Below are positions 28,715 through 38,844 of a DNA stretch of 64,000 nucleotides, in pieces; position 1 is the first letter of the stretch, and each line of letters opens with the position of its first letter. The notes beneath the pieces are model-generated. The model saw nothing but the letters and a program-made list of their open reading frames with translations. It had not been told where the DNA came from and did not search any database. Source of the stretch: an uncultured Verrucomicrobiales bacterium (GTDB lineage: Bacteria > Verrucomicrobiota > Verrucomicrobiia > Verrucomicrobiales > DEV007); assembly GCA_938091905.1 (NCBI GenBank), contig CALKOM010000124.1:15637-79636 (forward strand). Reading direction: 5' to 3'. The position numbers and the translations under genes were made by a program.

Positions 28715-29311
28715 ATGTCTTGGTTCCTGCGCCTGGTCTTCACGTGGTTGGTGCTGCTTTCGCGGGTGTCGTGTAGCATCACCGGAAATCCTGCTGAGCC
28801 TGACTCGGGCTCCATGGTCTTGCCCGATTCCCCGTAGTGGGTGTTAGACGAAGCCGCCTTTGAAGGGTTTGAGCCCGGAAGCGGCTCGATTCAGATTTCG
28901 TTGGCGAGTCAGCGTCTGGCTCTGGTTAATCCTTGGGGAGAGCGGGTTTTGGAGACGGACTACCCGACTGGAAAGTCAGGCAAGGACTCGCCAGCTGGCA
29001 CCTTCCGTGTGCTCGAGAAACGTGAAGACAAAAGTTCCAACAAATATGGAGGCTATGTCAGTGCGGCTACAGGGGAAGTTGTGACTCCTCGAAGCTGGTT
29101 GGTAAAGAAGCCGGCTGGGAGCCGATTCGTTGGCACGCCGATACCCTGCAGGCTGCGCCTGACCTGGGCGGGCGTTGGGATTCATGTGGGCAACTTTGAA
29201 CGTGGAACCCGAACCAGCATGGAGTGTATTCGAGTTCCGGCAGAGGTCCAGCGGCGGTTGTTTGAGAAGGTTACCCTGGGGATGCGGGGCCGAATATATG
29301 GAGCTGATTGA
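28715..29311 (+). pseudogene. L,D-transpeptidase (YkuD family) lipoprotein, probable pseudogene
   Basis: ATG 28715 gives a signal/lipobox-like MSWFLRLVFTWLVLLSRVSC, with in-frame TAG at 28835-28837. Downstream ISLASQRL, TGK, P.GTF, GIHVG; the catalytic SHGC motif reads SMEC. Confidence 0.7.
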
Positions 29312-29441
29312 GGACTCGATCCTGCCTGGCGAACCATTTAAAAAAGTGCTTGGCAAACGGGGTCGGCTGCACAACTTTGGTTGCTCCCTGGGCGATGGCA
29401 TTTCTTGCGCAACCTTGGGAAACGCACCTCAGACACATTTC

Positions 29442-29756
29442 ATGGCCGTAGCAATTAGACTCAGAAGAGAAGGAAACCGCAATCGTCCTTTCTACCGCAT
29501 TGTCGTGGCAGATAGCCGCTCACGCCGCGATGGCCGATTCATCGAAATGATCGGTACGTACGATCCTCAGTCAAAAGATGCTGTGAACTACAAGCTCGAT
29601 GTTGGCAAAGCAGATGAGTGGATTTCTAAAGGTGCGCAGGCATCTGACACCGTCCGCAGCCTGATCAAGAAGGCTCGCAAAGCTGGCCCTGTCGTTAAAG
29701 AAGCTCCAGCGGCTGAAGAAGCGCCAGCAGCGGTAGATGCTGGTAACGAAGGCTAA
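29442..29756 (+). CDS. rpsP: 30S ribosomal protein S16
   Basis: [11 protein letters not shown]...[26 protein letters not shown]. Confidence 0.97.
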   Translation: MAVAIRLRREGNRNRPFYRIVVADSRSRRDGRFIEMIGTYDPQSKDAVNYKLDVGKADEWISKGAQASDTVRSLIKKARKAGPVVKEAPAAEEAPAAVDAGNEG

Positions 29757-29778
29757 GGCTTTCTCATTGATTGGAATC

Positions 29779-30078
29779 ATGGATTCGTCGATGGCCCTTC
29801 GCGAGTTCCTAGAATACATCATGGGGCAACTCATTGCGCAGCCTGAAGAAGGGGCGATCGCCCATGAACTGTCTGAGGACGGAACGCATCACAAGTTTCT
29901 CGTTACACTTACCAAGGACGATGTAGGCAAGATCGTTGGCAAGAATGGCCACACCGTGTCTGCGATTCGAAATCTCCTAATGGCCGCCGCTGAGCGAGAT
30001 GGTCAATCAGTGTCTCTTCGAGTTGTGGCGCCGCATGACTTTCAGAGTGAGGATCCTGCGGAAAATGAAGACGCCTAG
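29779..30078 (+). CDS. khpA: KH domain RNA-binding protein
   Basis: DVGKIVGKNGHTVSAIRNLL; canonical position after rpsP. Confidence 0.88.
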   Translation: MDSSMALREFLEYIMGQLIAQPEEGAIAHELSEDGTHHKFLVTLTKDDVGKIVGKNGHTVSAIRNLLMAAAERDGQSVSLRVVAPHDFQSEDPAENEDA

Positions 30079-30108
30079 CTTGCAGAAGCGGCGCGTGTTT
30101 CTAAGTTG

Positions 30109-31155
30109 ATGACGATCCTCGTCCTTCAGGCGATTGCCGGATTCGTTCTCTTATACTTTGGTGCAGAATGGCTGGTGAACGGCAGTTCGAAGCTGGCCCT
30201 CAAGCTCGGAATTGCCCCCCTCATCATTGGCCTTACCGTGGTGGCCTTTGGCACGAGCAGCCCCGAGTTGTTTGTTTGTCTCGATGCTAATCTCTCAAAA
30301 GAGGATCCAAATGAGGGAGGTGGCATTGTGCTCGCTACCATTGTGGGCTCGAATGTCTTTAACATTGCGCTTATTCTTGCCATTGGAGCACTGATCCGAC
30401 CGATCCAGGTGTCGAGGCAGATTGTAGTTCGTGAAATGCCCATTCTTCTTGTCGCCACCGGTCTATTGCTCTGGTTTTTGCGGGATCAGCAACTGTCCCG
30501 GGTAGAAGGCGGCATTCTCTTTGGAGGATTGATAGCCTTTCTCGTTCTGTCCGGGATTACGTCGATCAAGCAAATGAAGGAGAAGCGTGGTGGGACACCA
30601 GAGATTCTCGAAGACCTAAATCCTGAGGCTGCCAAAGAGATGCCTGTGTGGAAGGCGCTCGTGTTTATTGTCTTCGGCCTTCTCTTTCTCGCCTATGGAT
30701 CGGACCTCTTAGTCGATAGTGCTACTGAGATTGCCAAGGCTTTTCACGTATCCGCGGCCATCATCAGCTTCACTCTCATTGCTTTCGGATCGAGCGTTCC
30801 AGAACTTGCCACTGTTGTGGTTGCTTCTCTTCGTAAGGAAGGGGACATCATTACGGGTAATGTTATAGGATCGAACATTTTTAACACTTTGGCAGTTCTA
30901 GGCATCGTGGCGCTGGTCAAACCGGTCGTTTATGGTCCGGCGCAACTCACCACGATAGAACCTTATTACATGGCTGGTCTGACCTTGCTGCTCTTTCCAT
31001 TCTTGTTGACGCGGAAGACCATCGCGCGATGGGAAGGCCTTGTTCTCCTCTTGGCATGTGTGGGCTTTGCCTGTATTATCTTTCAGAAGATGCAGGTGCA
31101 GCGCGCCGGAGGGCCCCCTGCCGCTGCCCAAGTGGTTCCTATTTCGATTCTCTAA
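30109..31155 (+). CDS. Calcium/sodium antiporter (YrbG/CaCA family)
   Basis: Alpha repeats GLTVVAFGTSSPEL...GSNVFN and AFGSSVPEL...GNVIGSNIFN. Confidence 0.92.
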   Translation: MTILVLQAIAGFVLLYFGAEWLVNGSSKLALKLGIAPLIIGLTVVAFGTSSPELFVCLDANLSKEDPNEGGGIVLATIVGSNVFNIALILAIGALIRPIQVSRQIVVREMPILLVATGLLLWFLRDQQLSRVEGGILFGGLIAFLVLSGITSIKQMKEKRGGTPEILEDLNPEAAKEMPVWKALVFIVFGLLFLAYGSDLLVDSATEIAKAFHVSAAIISFTLIAFGSSVPELATVVVASLRKEGDIITGNVIGSNIFNTLAVLGIVALVKPVVYGPAQLTTIEPYYMAGLTLLLFPFLLTRKTIARWEGLVLLLACVGFACIIFQKMQVQRAGGPPAAAQVVPISIL

Positions 31156-31164
31156 CTCAACACG

Positions 31165-32190
31165 ATGGCATACGACAACAAACGACGGTACATCGTCACA
31201 GGCGGAGCTGGCATGATTGGCAGCGCGCTCGTTTGGGCACTCAATAACCGTGGGATCGATAATATCCTTATCGTGGACCGGTTGGGCGATGACGAGAAAT
31301 GGAAGAATCTCGTTCCTCTGCAGTATGCTGACTACATGGATGCCGATGAGTTTCTCGACGCCACCAAGGTGGCCGGGGATACTCTCGGTCAAGTGGGCGC
31401 GATCTTTCACATGGGTGCCTGTTCATCTACGACCGAGACGGATTGCAATTATCTGATGCGAAATAACTTTGCTTACACGCGTGATCTTGCGCAGTGGGCG
31501 AGTTCCCGGCGCTACCGATTCGTTTATGCCTCGTCCGCAGCCACCTATGGTGATGGGAGTGACGGCATGAACGATGGTTCGGAGAATCTGTACGCTTATC
31601 GTCCTCTAAACATGTATGGCTACTCGAAGCATCTATTCGATTGCCACGCTATTCAGAAAGGGATCAGTCGCGGTATCCTAGGTATGAAGTTCTTCAATGT
31701 GTTTGGTCCTAATGAGCAACACAAAGGCGACATGCGCAGTGTGGTGAACAAGGGGTTTCACCAGATCATGGAGACCGGGCGGTTGCAGCTATTCAAGAGT
31801 TATCATCCGGACTATCCGCATGGAGGACAGAAGCGGGACTTCCTTTATGTGAAGGACGCCGTGGAGATGATGTTGCACCTAGCGGAGATGCCACTTGCCG
31901 GTGGTCTCTTCAATATTGGCTCTGGGCAGGCAGCGACTTGGCTCGAACTTGGGCAAGCCATCTTTACGGCGCTTGGTCGCCCCAGTCAGATTGACTTTGT
32001 CGACATGCCAGATCATCTCCGAGGAAAGTATCAGTACTTTACTCAGGCAGACATGAGCCGTTTCCAAGCAACAAATTATCCGGAAACTCTCACACCACTA
32101 CAAGATTCTGTTCGAGATTACGTCCAGAATTACCTCATGGAGAGCAAGCACCTCGGCGATGAACCGTGGGAAGACGACGGTGTCGCGTAA
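31165..32190 (+). CDS. hldD: ADP-L-glycero-D-manno-heptose 6-epimerase
   Basis: TGGAGMIGS, HMGACSSTTE, YASSAATYG, PLNMYGYSK, EQHKGDMRSV. Confidence 0.93.
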   Translation: MAYDNKRRYIVTGGAGMIGSALVWALNNRGIDNILIVDRLGDDEKWKNLVPLQYADYMDADEFLDATKVAGDTLGQVGAIFHMGACSSTTETDCNYLMRNNFAYTRDLAQWASSRRYRFVYASSAATYGDGSDGMNDGSENLYAYRPLNMYGYSKHLFDCHAIQKGISRGILGMKFFNVFGPNEQHKGDMRSVVNKGFHQIMETGRLQLFKSYHPDYPHGGQKRDFLYVKDAVEMMLHLAEMPLAGGLFNIGSGQAATWLELGQAIFTALGRPSQIDFVDMPDHLRGKYQYFTQADMSRFQATNYPETLTPLQDSVRDYVQNYLMESKHLGDEPWEDDGVA

Positions 32191-32303
32191 GCTTAGTTTT
32201 GTGTCGTGTCTGCTGGGCGCGTGGCTTCTTCGAGGGCCTGGATCGTTCGCACGAGTGATCGAACATTGAGCGTAACGTATTGTAATGTGTCCAAAGGACT
32301 GCT

Positions 32304-32694
32304 ATGAGTTTCCTCGTCGTTCTGTTCTTCGCCATCGTCACCGCCGCCCTGATTGATTTCACCGTCGCATAGTCTGATGATCAACAACAAGATGAACGGC
32401 GCAAGATAGAGGGGTATCTCGCTGTTCAGAAGAATGCTGAAGAGGCGCTTGGCCGCGTTAAAAGCTGTCCAGGAGGCCTGAGCAACAACCGATGAGACGT
32501 TTGCTCATTTGGTGATGCTTAAAGCGATCATCGAGGATTATCAGTCTGAAGCGGGAAAGTAAAAGCGATTGGTTATGGAACGCAAGAAGCTCTATAGAGT
32601 TGTCGATCTTGCTCAGCTTTCCGAGAAAGAGCGTAAGAAGATCATCGTGGTGGCCAAGTAACGCGATAGGCGGAAGAGCGGCCTTGGTTCGTGA
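32304..32694 (+). pseudogene. Degraded small exported protein
   Basis: Signal peptide MSFLVVLFFAIVTAALIDFTVA, then TAG, protein-like charged helical sequence interrupted by TGA, TAA, TAA and one frame change. Confidence 0.5.
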
Positions 32695-32755
32695 TCCACT
32701 TTAGGAGAGTAGCTGCTCTACAATTTCAGGAAATTGGCTGACCGTTAAGCGCTTG

Positions 32756-33412
32756 CTAGTCTTGCGCTGTGTCCTCAGAATCTTTACGGGTGGCGCGCTT
32801 CTTCTTGCGCACGCGCCCCACTACGAAACGCGTCTCGATCGGATAGGATTTCTTCCTCGCGGGCTTGGGCTGCGGCGTTTCACGTTCGTTGATTTCAGGA
32901 GACGCTGCTGTTGCATTACCCGTGACTTGATTGAGCAACCAGCGGATGATCCACGGGCCCACGCCGATCACTCCGTAGCCCACCATATAATTTCCAGCGA
33001 TCGCGTAGCTGGCCCATGGAAAGCTACTCACCGGCGTGTCTGGTATTCCGGGGCCGAAGATATCTGTGCCGATGGTGCCCGTCGTCGGCATCTGGGTTTC
33101 CGGACCCATGATTAAAGACAGTGATAGTCCAATCATCGTGACGAGACAGAATAATAGGCTCACAGCCATCATGCGTTGAAAATGGCGTGGGCCAGCGTAT
33201 TCATTGCGGTTGCGCGTGTGCCATGGGTAGACGAGCACCACGCCGATATAGACAGCCATGATGTTGACGACGATAATGCTTATCTGGCGGAGCCAAGGAA
33301 GCATGGGGCCGTAACTGATGAGGTGCCAGTACTGGTAAAGTGTCAGTAAAACGCCAAAGATGAAGAATAGGTAACCGAGAAAGATGCGGCGTGGATCAAT
33401 GGTGGCGGGCAT
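32756..33412 (-). CDS. Hypothetical membrane protein (about 4 TM helices, basic C-tail)
   Basis: ATG 33412 (MPATIDPRR) 4 nt after the acylphosphatase stop; hydrophobic segments. Confidence 0.7.
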   Translation of the reverse strand: MPATIDPRRIFLGYLFFIFGVLLTLYQYWHLISYGPMLPWLRQISIIVVNIMAVYIGVVLVYPWHTRNRNEYAGPRHFQRMMAVSLLFCLVTMIGLSLSLIMGPETQMPTTGTIGTDIFGPGIPDTPVSSFPWASYAIAGNYMVGYGVIGVGPWIIRWLLNQVTGNATAASPEINERETPQPKPARKKSYPIETRFVVGRVRKKKRATRKDSEDTAQD

Positions 33413-33416
33413 AATT

Positions 33417-33686
33417 CTAGCGGATACTAAAGCCGCGAACACCTTCGAGGTTGGCGACATCATGTATTTCTTCGCCTCGAATATTGCCGCCCATTTGACC
33501 TTCTCGAACAGCGACGAGGAAGTCCTCGACCTCGTCATCGTCGCCCATCACTTGCATTTCTACTCGGCCGTCTGGCAGATTCGAAACCCATCCGCAGACG
33601 TCAAACCCCATGGCCTCGCGTTTCGTGGCGTAACGAAAGCCGACGCCTTGAACGCGCCCCTCATAGAAGACTTGTTTGGCTGCCAT
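33417..33686 (-). CDS. acyP: Acylphosphatase
   Basis: EGRVQGVGFR, GWVSNLPDGRVE. Confidence 0.93.
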   Translation of the reverse strand: MAAKQVFYEGRVQGVGFRYATKREAMGFDVCGWVSNLPDGRVEMQVMGDDDEVEDFLVAVREGQMGGNIRGEEIHDVANLEGVRGFSIR

Positions 33687-33744
33687 GTGATTCAACAGTT
33701 CGTTGTAGAACTTTAAAAGAGCGTCCCACGCGATGAGCGCACGA

Positions 33745-35097
33745 TCAAGGTTTGTTCTTCTCGAAGCTTGAGCGACTGGCAAGGCTCTCAAGGGCCTCTT
33801 TCCAGGAGTCCTCGGTCCAGCGAATGATGGTCACGGTGTTGTCCTCAGCTTGAATCTTGAGACTAAGGAGATCTTCGTAGGTGATGCTCTTCGGCTGCTG
33901 CTGAGTTGGGATGCTCACCCCAAACAGTTTCGGGGCCTGAGCTCGCACTAGGTTGAAGAAGCGATCAGCGTGCGAGGAATCTCGCCATGCAGATTTCCAC
34001 GCAAGCTGGGGGGTGCCGCTGGTCGTCTGGTAGAGCAAGACGCCGTCTCCTTCCCAGCCCGCAGCAATGAGTCCTGCGTCCTCCGGTAGAGCTACTGATT
34101 CTAACCAAGATCGAATGAGGAGTTCTCCGATGACATTGTCCCAAACGGGCTCCGAATTATGAACGTCCAGCTGCGCCCAGCGCAGTTTTTGAGGATTCCA
34201 GCGCGGCGTCTCTAAATACCGATCGGGATGGAGAATGTGTGCGGTGGACGTCGGCAATTGCTGGTAGATCGAATCAAGGGCAACGTTTTGGCTAGAAACG
34301 GCCTGGCAGAAATGCACGCCATCACGCATTCCTAGAAACTCGATCATTCGAAGTGGTTTCGGCCAGTTGTTGGTTAACGTATCCGTACGTTTCCAGGCGT
34401 GAGAGGCCACGGCGTCCGTCTCTGTAAATTTAAGCGTTTGCCAGGTGGTGTCTCCCGTGACAAAGGCCTGTTGTGCCAGCATGCGATCCAAGTTCACCTC
34501 TGCGGGAATGAGAGCTTCACGCCAGCGGAAATTCTGGTCTAGCAAGAGTCGCATCAATTGCCGAGTCAACCACTCTCGTGGTTCTGGCTTCTTCGTTTCG
34601 ATGGTCTCCGTGTGAAGAAGAGATCTATTCTGAGCATCATACAGAACGTCTCTTGAAAGGCTGGAGCGTAGGCGATACCTGGCGGTAAGATCTTCGTCTT
34701 CTGGTAGAATTCCTAACAATTGCCAAGTCAGCCCCAAGCGTTCCAAAGTGTCTGATGGGAACTGGGAGTTGCGTTCATTCTGCCACGCTTTCTGGATACC
34801 GGCCGCACTTGTTGGCACAAAGTCTAACGCTTCGGGAAAGGTGAGTGATCTCGCTTTGGAAATCTGAAATGCCTCGTTCAGTAGCTGGCTCTCCATAGCT
34901 CCTGCGGCGCCGCTTTCAGCTGTCGTTGTCAGCGGTTTGGGTGGCGCAGGGTCCGTCCCACCTGGCGTTGCGCCATCAGCATTTGTCGACGAAGAGCTGG
35001 CATCTGAGGTGTTGGTGTCATGCACATGGATCAATACCCGGCCGGCTAGAGCAGCGAGCACGATCAAAACTAGAAGCAAGATCCCAGGGCGACTCAT
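33745..35097 (-). CDS. Membrane-anchored protein resembling a zinc-metallopeptidase-like surface protein family, metal ligands apparently lost
   Basis: N-terminal TM; PTSTAHILHPDRY, GEL, AAGWEGD motifs; LTRQLMRLLLDQNF lies where HExxH...DQ.F would be expected. Confidence 0.55.
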   Translation of the reverse strand: MSRPGILLLVLIVLAALAGRVLIHVHDTNTSDASSSSTNADGATPGGTDPAPPKPLTTTAESGAAGAMESQLLNEAFQISKARSLTFPEALDFVPTSAAGIQKAWQNERNSQFPSDTLERLGLTWQLLGILPEDEDLTARYRLRSSLSRDVLYDAQNRSLLHTETIETKKPEPREWLTRQLMRLLLDQNFRWREALIPAEVNLDRMLAQQAFVTGDTTWQTLKFTETDAVASHAWKRTDTLTNNWPKPLRMIEFLGMRDGVHFCQAVSSQNVALDSIYQQLPTSTAHILHPDRYLETPRWNPQKLRWAQLDVHNSEPVWDNVIGELLIRSWLESVALPEDAGLIAAGWEGDGVLLYQTTSGTPQLAWKSAWRDSSHADRFFNLVRAQAPKLFGVSIPTQQQPKSITYEDLLSLKIQAEDNTVTIIRWTEDSWKEALESLASRSSFEKNKP

Positions 35098-35230
35098 CGT
35101 TAATCTTCCTGCCCCAATCTCAATCTGCTGTCAATCCATCAGCATAGCCGACCAGTAATACAGGCAGGTCACCAGATTATGGAAATTCGATTGACGCAGT
35201 GGCGAGTCACCTCTTGGCTCTGCGTTAGTA

Positions 35231-36211
35231 ATGATCGTTCTCGTTACCGGTGGAGCCGGATACATCGGCAGCGTCGCGAGCTCTGAATTGGTGCGCGCTG
35301 GGCATGACGTGGTTGTGCTGGACAATCTCTACCAGGGGCATCGTGCGGCGGTGCCCGAGGAAGCTGTCTTTGTCGAGGCGGATCTTGCAAATCGGGCTCA
35401 GATCGATTCGATACTAAAAGAGCATCGGCCGGAGGCAATCATGCACTTTGCGGCCTACTCGCTGGTCGGGGAGTCTATGGAGAGTCCTTTCAAGTACCTT
35501 GGCGACAATGTGTCCAACGCTCTTAATTTATTGGAAAGTGCGGTCGAACACAAGGTGCTGAAATTTATTCTCTCCTCGACTGCCAATCTCTTCGATGATC
35601 CCGAGAAGATGCCCATTGCGGAAACGGAGCGGATTATACCGGGCAGCCCGTATGGTGAATCGAAGGCGATCGTTGAGCGCTTTCTGTATTGGTTAGAGAA
35701 GACGCATGGCTTGAAGTACGCGTGTTTGCGGTACTTCAATGCGGCTGGGGCAGCACCCGAACGAGGTGAAGATCACGCTCCCGAGCTGCACTTGATTCCG
35801 CTTGTCTTGCAGGTGGCCTTGGGGCAGCGCGACCGCATTAAGATGTTTGGCGACGACTACGATACGCCTGATGGGACGTGTGTAAGAGACTACATTCATG
35901 TTCTCGACCTTGCCCAGGCGCACATTCTTGCCTTGGAAGGCCTAGACCGTGGCAGCCAGCTGTACAACTTAGGAAACGGGCAGGGCTACTCGGTCAAACA
36001 AGTCATCGAGGCTGCGCGGGAAATTACGGGGCATGCAATTCCGGCTGAGGTGACGCCTCGGCGTGCAGGAGATCCGGCAACGCTCGTGGCTTCGAGTTGG
36101 AAAATACGCGAGTCTTTAGGTTGGAAGCCGCAGTTCCCCGAGCTTGAGGCCATTATCAAAACGGCGTGGGAATGGCACCAGAGCCACCCTCAGGGCTACA
36201 ATGATCGCTGA
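35231..36211 (+). CDS. galE: UDP-glucose 4-epimerase
   Basis: [43 protein letters not shown]. Confidence 0.95.
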   Translation: MIVLVTGGAGYIGSVASSELVRAGHDVVVLDNLYQGHRAAVPEEAVFVEADLANRAQIDSILKEHRPEAIMHFAAYSLVGESMESPFKYLGDNVSNALNLLESAVEHKVLKFILSSTANLFDDPEKMPIAETERIIPGSPYGESKAIVERFLYWLEKTHGLKYACLRYFNAAGAAPERGEDHAPELHLIPLVLQVALGQRDRIKMFGDDYDTPDGTCVRDYIHVLDLAQAHILALEGLDRGSQLYNLGNGQGYSVKQVIEAAREITGHAIPAEVTPRRAGDPATLVASSWKIRESLGWKPQFPELEAIIKTAWEWHQSHPQGYNDR

Positions 36212-36276
36212 GTTTGACAACTGTCGTCCTCAGGTCAGGTTAGGCGCTTTCCAAGATCAAGAATTAACCATAGACC

Positions 36277-37104
36277 ATGAAACTTCCAACTCTCGCTCGC
36301 TTCTTCGTCATCAGCGCCGTTGCCAGTGTACTCTCTTCAAACGTGAACGCCCAAGACTTGAAAGCCCCTGCCGACGTCGCTGCACCTCCCAAAGATGCTA
36401 TCAAAGAGGATTCAGGATTGGCTTCTAAGGTGTTGACCAAAGGTTCAGGCACCAGAAAGCCAAAAGCTACCGACCAAGTGAAGGTGCATTACACGGGCTG
36501 GACGACAGACGGAGAGATGTTCGATAGCTCGGTGAAGCGTGGCACCCCGTCGACATTCGGCTTGAATCAGGTAATCAAGGGCTGGACTGAAGGCCTTCAG
36601 CTCATGGTTGAGGGTGAAAAGCGCCGCTTCTGGATCCCTGCTGGTATGGCCTATGGCGAGAATCCTGCCGGTGGTCGTCCCGGTGGCATGCTTTGTTTTG
36701 ATGTCGAATTGATCGAGAATCTCTCTCCCGAGCCTCCAAAGACCCCTGAAGACGTAGCCGCTGTCCCAGACACGGCGTCAACGACCGCTTCCGGTTTGGC
36801 ATCCCGAGTTCTCAAGGAGGGCACTGGAACCACGAAACCCAAGGCGACGAGCACAGTGACGGTTCATTATTCAGGCTGGACCACGGACGGTAAGCTCTTC
36901 GATAGTTCGGTCGAGCGGGGCCGACCAGCCTCTTTTGGCCTTAACCAGGTCATCTCAGGCTGGACCGAGGGTGTGCAGCTCATGGTGCAGGGTGAGAAGC
37001 GTCGTTTCTGGATTCCTGAAGAGCTCGGCTACGGCAAGGTGCCTCCTCCGGGAGCTCCTGCGGGTATGTTGGTGTTCGATGTTGAACTGATAGGGGTTGA
37101 GTAA
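36277..37104 (+). CDS. FKBP-type peptidyl-prolyl isomerase with two FKBP domains
   Basis: Signal peptide; duplicated VHY.GWTTDG..FDSSV...NQVI.GWTEG.QLMV.GEKRRFWIP. Confidence 0.95.
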   Translation: MKLPTLARFFVISAVASVLSSNVNAQDLKAPADVAAPPKDAIKEDSGLASKVLTKGSGTRKPKATDQVKVHYTGWTTDGEMFDSSVKRGTPSTFGLNQVIKGWTEGLQLMVEGEKRRFWIPAGMAYGENPAGGRPGGMLCFDVELIENLSPEPPKTPEDVAAVPDTASTTASGLASRVLKEGTGTTKPKATSTVTVHYSGWTTDGKLFDSSVERGRPASFGLNQVISGWTEGVQLMVQGEKRRFWIPEELGYGKVPPPGAPAGMLVFDVELIGVE

Positions 37105-37127
37105 GGACGTAGCCTCCTAGTTTCCAT

Positions 37128-37157
37128 GAGGCCTATGGATTTTTTTCCATGGGCCTC
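37128..37157. terminator. Hairpin after the FKBP gene (probable terminator)
   Basis: GAGGCCTATGGA-tttttt-TCCATGGGCCTC; no clear downstream U-tract. Confidence 0.5.
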
Positions 37158-37189
37158 TGCTCGCCTTCAAAAATGTGCTCGATTGGCAC

Positions 37190-37217
37190 TTGCGAGGCTA
37201 CTGGGTCTGCCTATACT
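37190..37217 (+). promoter_or_regulatory. Probable sigma-70 promoter for rpsB-tsf
   Basis: TTGCGA-16-TATACT about 90 nt upstream of the rpsB ATG. Confidence 0.45.
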
Positions 37218-37309
37218 TGGCCGCTCGTTGGATAGGGGGAAATTAAGCTTTCTTCTTGACTTTCTTTCTTAAGAAAGCTCTCAACCTGCCAGCGCTACGC
37301 ACAACCTTT

Positions 37310-38047
37310 ATGTCTACGGAACTACTCGAAGAACTCGTCGAAGCCGGTGTCCACTACGGTCACCAGCGCCGGAAATGGAATCCCAAGATGAAGCCATTTC
37401 TGCTCGAGCAGAAGAACAACATCTACATCATCAATCTCTTTGAGACGGTGAAGCAGATCGATGCAGCTGCGAGTTACCTGGCAGAACTTGCAGCTAATGG
37501 TAAGCGAATTCTATTCGTAGGCTGCAAACGTCAGGCTCAGGAGTCTGTTCGCGAGGCTGCCGATGCCTGCAATCAATTCTACATCAATCATCGCTGGCTC
37601 GGTGGCACGTTGACCAACATGTCAACCATCCGAAAGAGCGTTCAGCGTCTCGATTACTTAGAAAAGCTCGATAAGTCTCCGGAAAAGAAGGCCATGAGTA
37701 AGAAGGAGCTCGCAGCTCTTGGACGTGAGCGCACAAAGCTCCTTCGGAACCTCGAGGGTATCCGCAACATGGAGAATCCGCCAGACGCCGTGGTTGTCGT
37801 GGACTCTGCCCGTGAGTGCATCGCGGTGAAAGAAGCTCAGCGTCTCAATATCCCCGTGGTCGCTCTAGTGGACAGCAATGCTGATCCAGATCCTATCGCT
37901 TATCCTATAGCGGCAAATGACGATGCCCTCCGATCGATCCGCATCATCTTGCAGAAGCTGATTGATCCTGTGATCGCTGCGACTCAGGGTGGTGGTAAAT
38001 TCACTCCGGCTAAGCGCGCCGAGATGGAAGTCGTCGCAGACGTCTAA
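37310..38047 (+). CDS. rpsB: 30S ribosomal protein S2
   Basis: EAGVHYGHQ..KWNPKM, RWLGGTLTN, ANDDA.RSI. Confidence 0.97.
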   Translation: MSTELLEELVEAGVHYGHQRRKWNPKMKPFLLEQKNNIYIINLFETVKQIDAAASYLAELAANGKRILFVGCKRQAQESVREAADACNQFYINHRWLGGTLTNMSTIRKSVQRLDYLEKLDKSPEKKAMSKKELAALGRERTKLLRNLEGIRNMENPPDAVVVVDSARECIAVKEAQRLNIPVVALVDSNADPDPIAYPIAANDDALRSIRIILQKLIDPVIAATQGGGKFTPAKRAEMEVVADV

Positions 38048-38163
38048 AGAAACGACAACGTCGTCGAACTTTAGTTTTCCCTTCCTTGATAGTCGTTGGT
38101 GCTCTTTCGCCAGCTTCCAACTCTTTTTATCTCAAGACCTCAATTCTAACTGACACACAAGCC

Positions 38164-38757
38164 ATGGCTGAAATCACCGCCAAACTCGTAGCCACCCTCC
38201 GTGAGAAGACCAACGTCGGCATGATGAAGTGCAAAGAAGCGCTCAAAGAAGCTGACGGCGATCTGGAGAAAGCAGAAACCATCCTTCGAAAGAAAGGCCT
38301 TCAGTCTGCTGACAAGAAAGCCTCACGCGCCGCAAAGGAAGGCGTGATTGCGTCTTATATCCACCATGATCGTGCTGGCGTGCTCATCGAGGTGAGCTGC
38401 GAGACCGACTTTGTGGCCAAGACGGATTCTTTCCGGGCCTTTGTGAAAGATGTTACCCTTCACATTGCGGCGGCTCAGCCTACCTGCGTCTCTCGTGAGG
38501 AAGTCTGCTCTGACCTCGTTGCCAAGGAGAAAGAGATCTACGCAGAGCAGATGAAGGATAAGCCTGCCAACGTGATCGAGAAGATTCTCGAGGGCAAGAT
38601 GGACAAGTTTTACAGCACGACTTGCTTGCTTGAGCAGGGCTTCATTAAAGATCCTGACCAGACGGTGGGTGATTTACTCAAGGGCAAGATCGCTGAACTC
38701 GGTGAGAATATCGTGATACGCCGTTTCACCCGTTATGCTCTCGGCGACGGCGAATAG
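38164..38757 (+). CDS. tsf: Elongation factor Ts (short form)
   Basis: LREKTNVGMMKCKEAL, EVSCETDFVAK, IRRFTRY. Confidence 0.97.
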   Translation: MAEITAKLVATLREKTNVGMMKCKEALKEADGDLEKAETILRKKGLQSADKKASRAAKEGVIASYIHHDRAGVLIEVSCETDFVAKTDSFRAFVKDVTLHIAAAQPTCVSREEVCSDLVAKEKEIYAEQMKDKPANVIEKILEGKMDKFYSTTCLLEQGFIKDPDQTVGDLLKGKIAELGENIVIRRFTRYALGDGE

Positions 38758-38844
38758 GCTGTGAAGCCCTTTCGCTTGATGGGGCTCATTTATGTGTTTG
38801 TTTACGCTCCTTCTCCTCTCTCCTACTTTTAATTCGAACGATCC

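Noticed and set aside
29175..29441. N-terminal extension of rpsP called by the ORF track (similarly rpsB from 37256, tsf from 38086, mtnK from 22470)
   Set aside because: Conserved proteins start at the downstream ATGs; the extensions are longest-ORF artefacts.
6336..32372. TAG recoding (alternative genetic code) as an explanation for in-frame stops in three genes
   Set aside because: Many intact genes end in TAG (uvrA, fmt, amidase), and two of the interrupted genes also have other stop types or frameshifts.
36277..37104. Internal DNA duplication
   Set aside because: Explained by two tandem FKBP domains; ordinary.
37184..37200. Second sigma-54-like site TGGCACTTGCGAGGC upstream of rpsB
   Set aside because: Poor -12 box (AGGC), and a sigma-70-type promoter overlapping it explains the region better.
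38164..38757. Short EF-Ts (197 aa) as a truncation
   Set aside because: The short form is a known natural variant and has a normal C-terminus.
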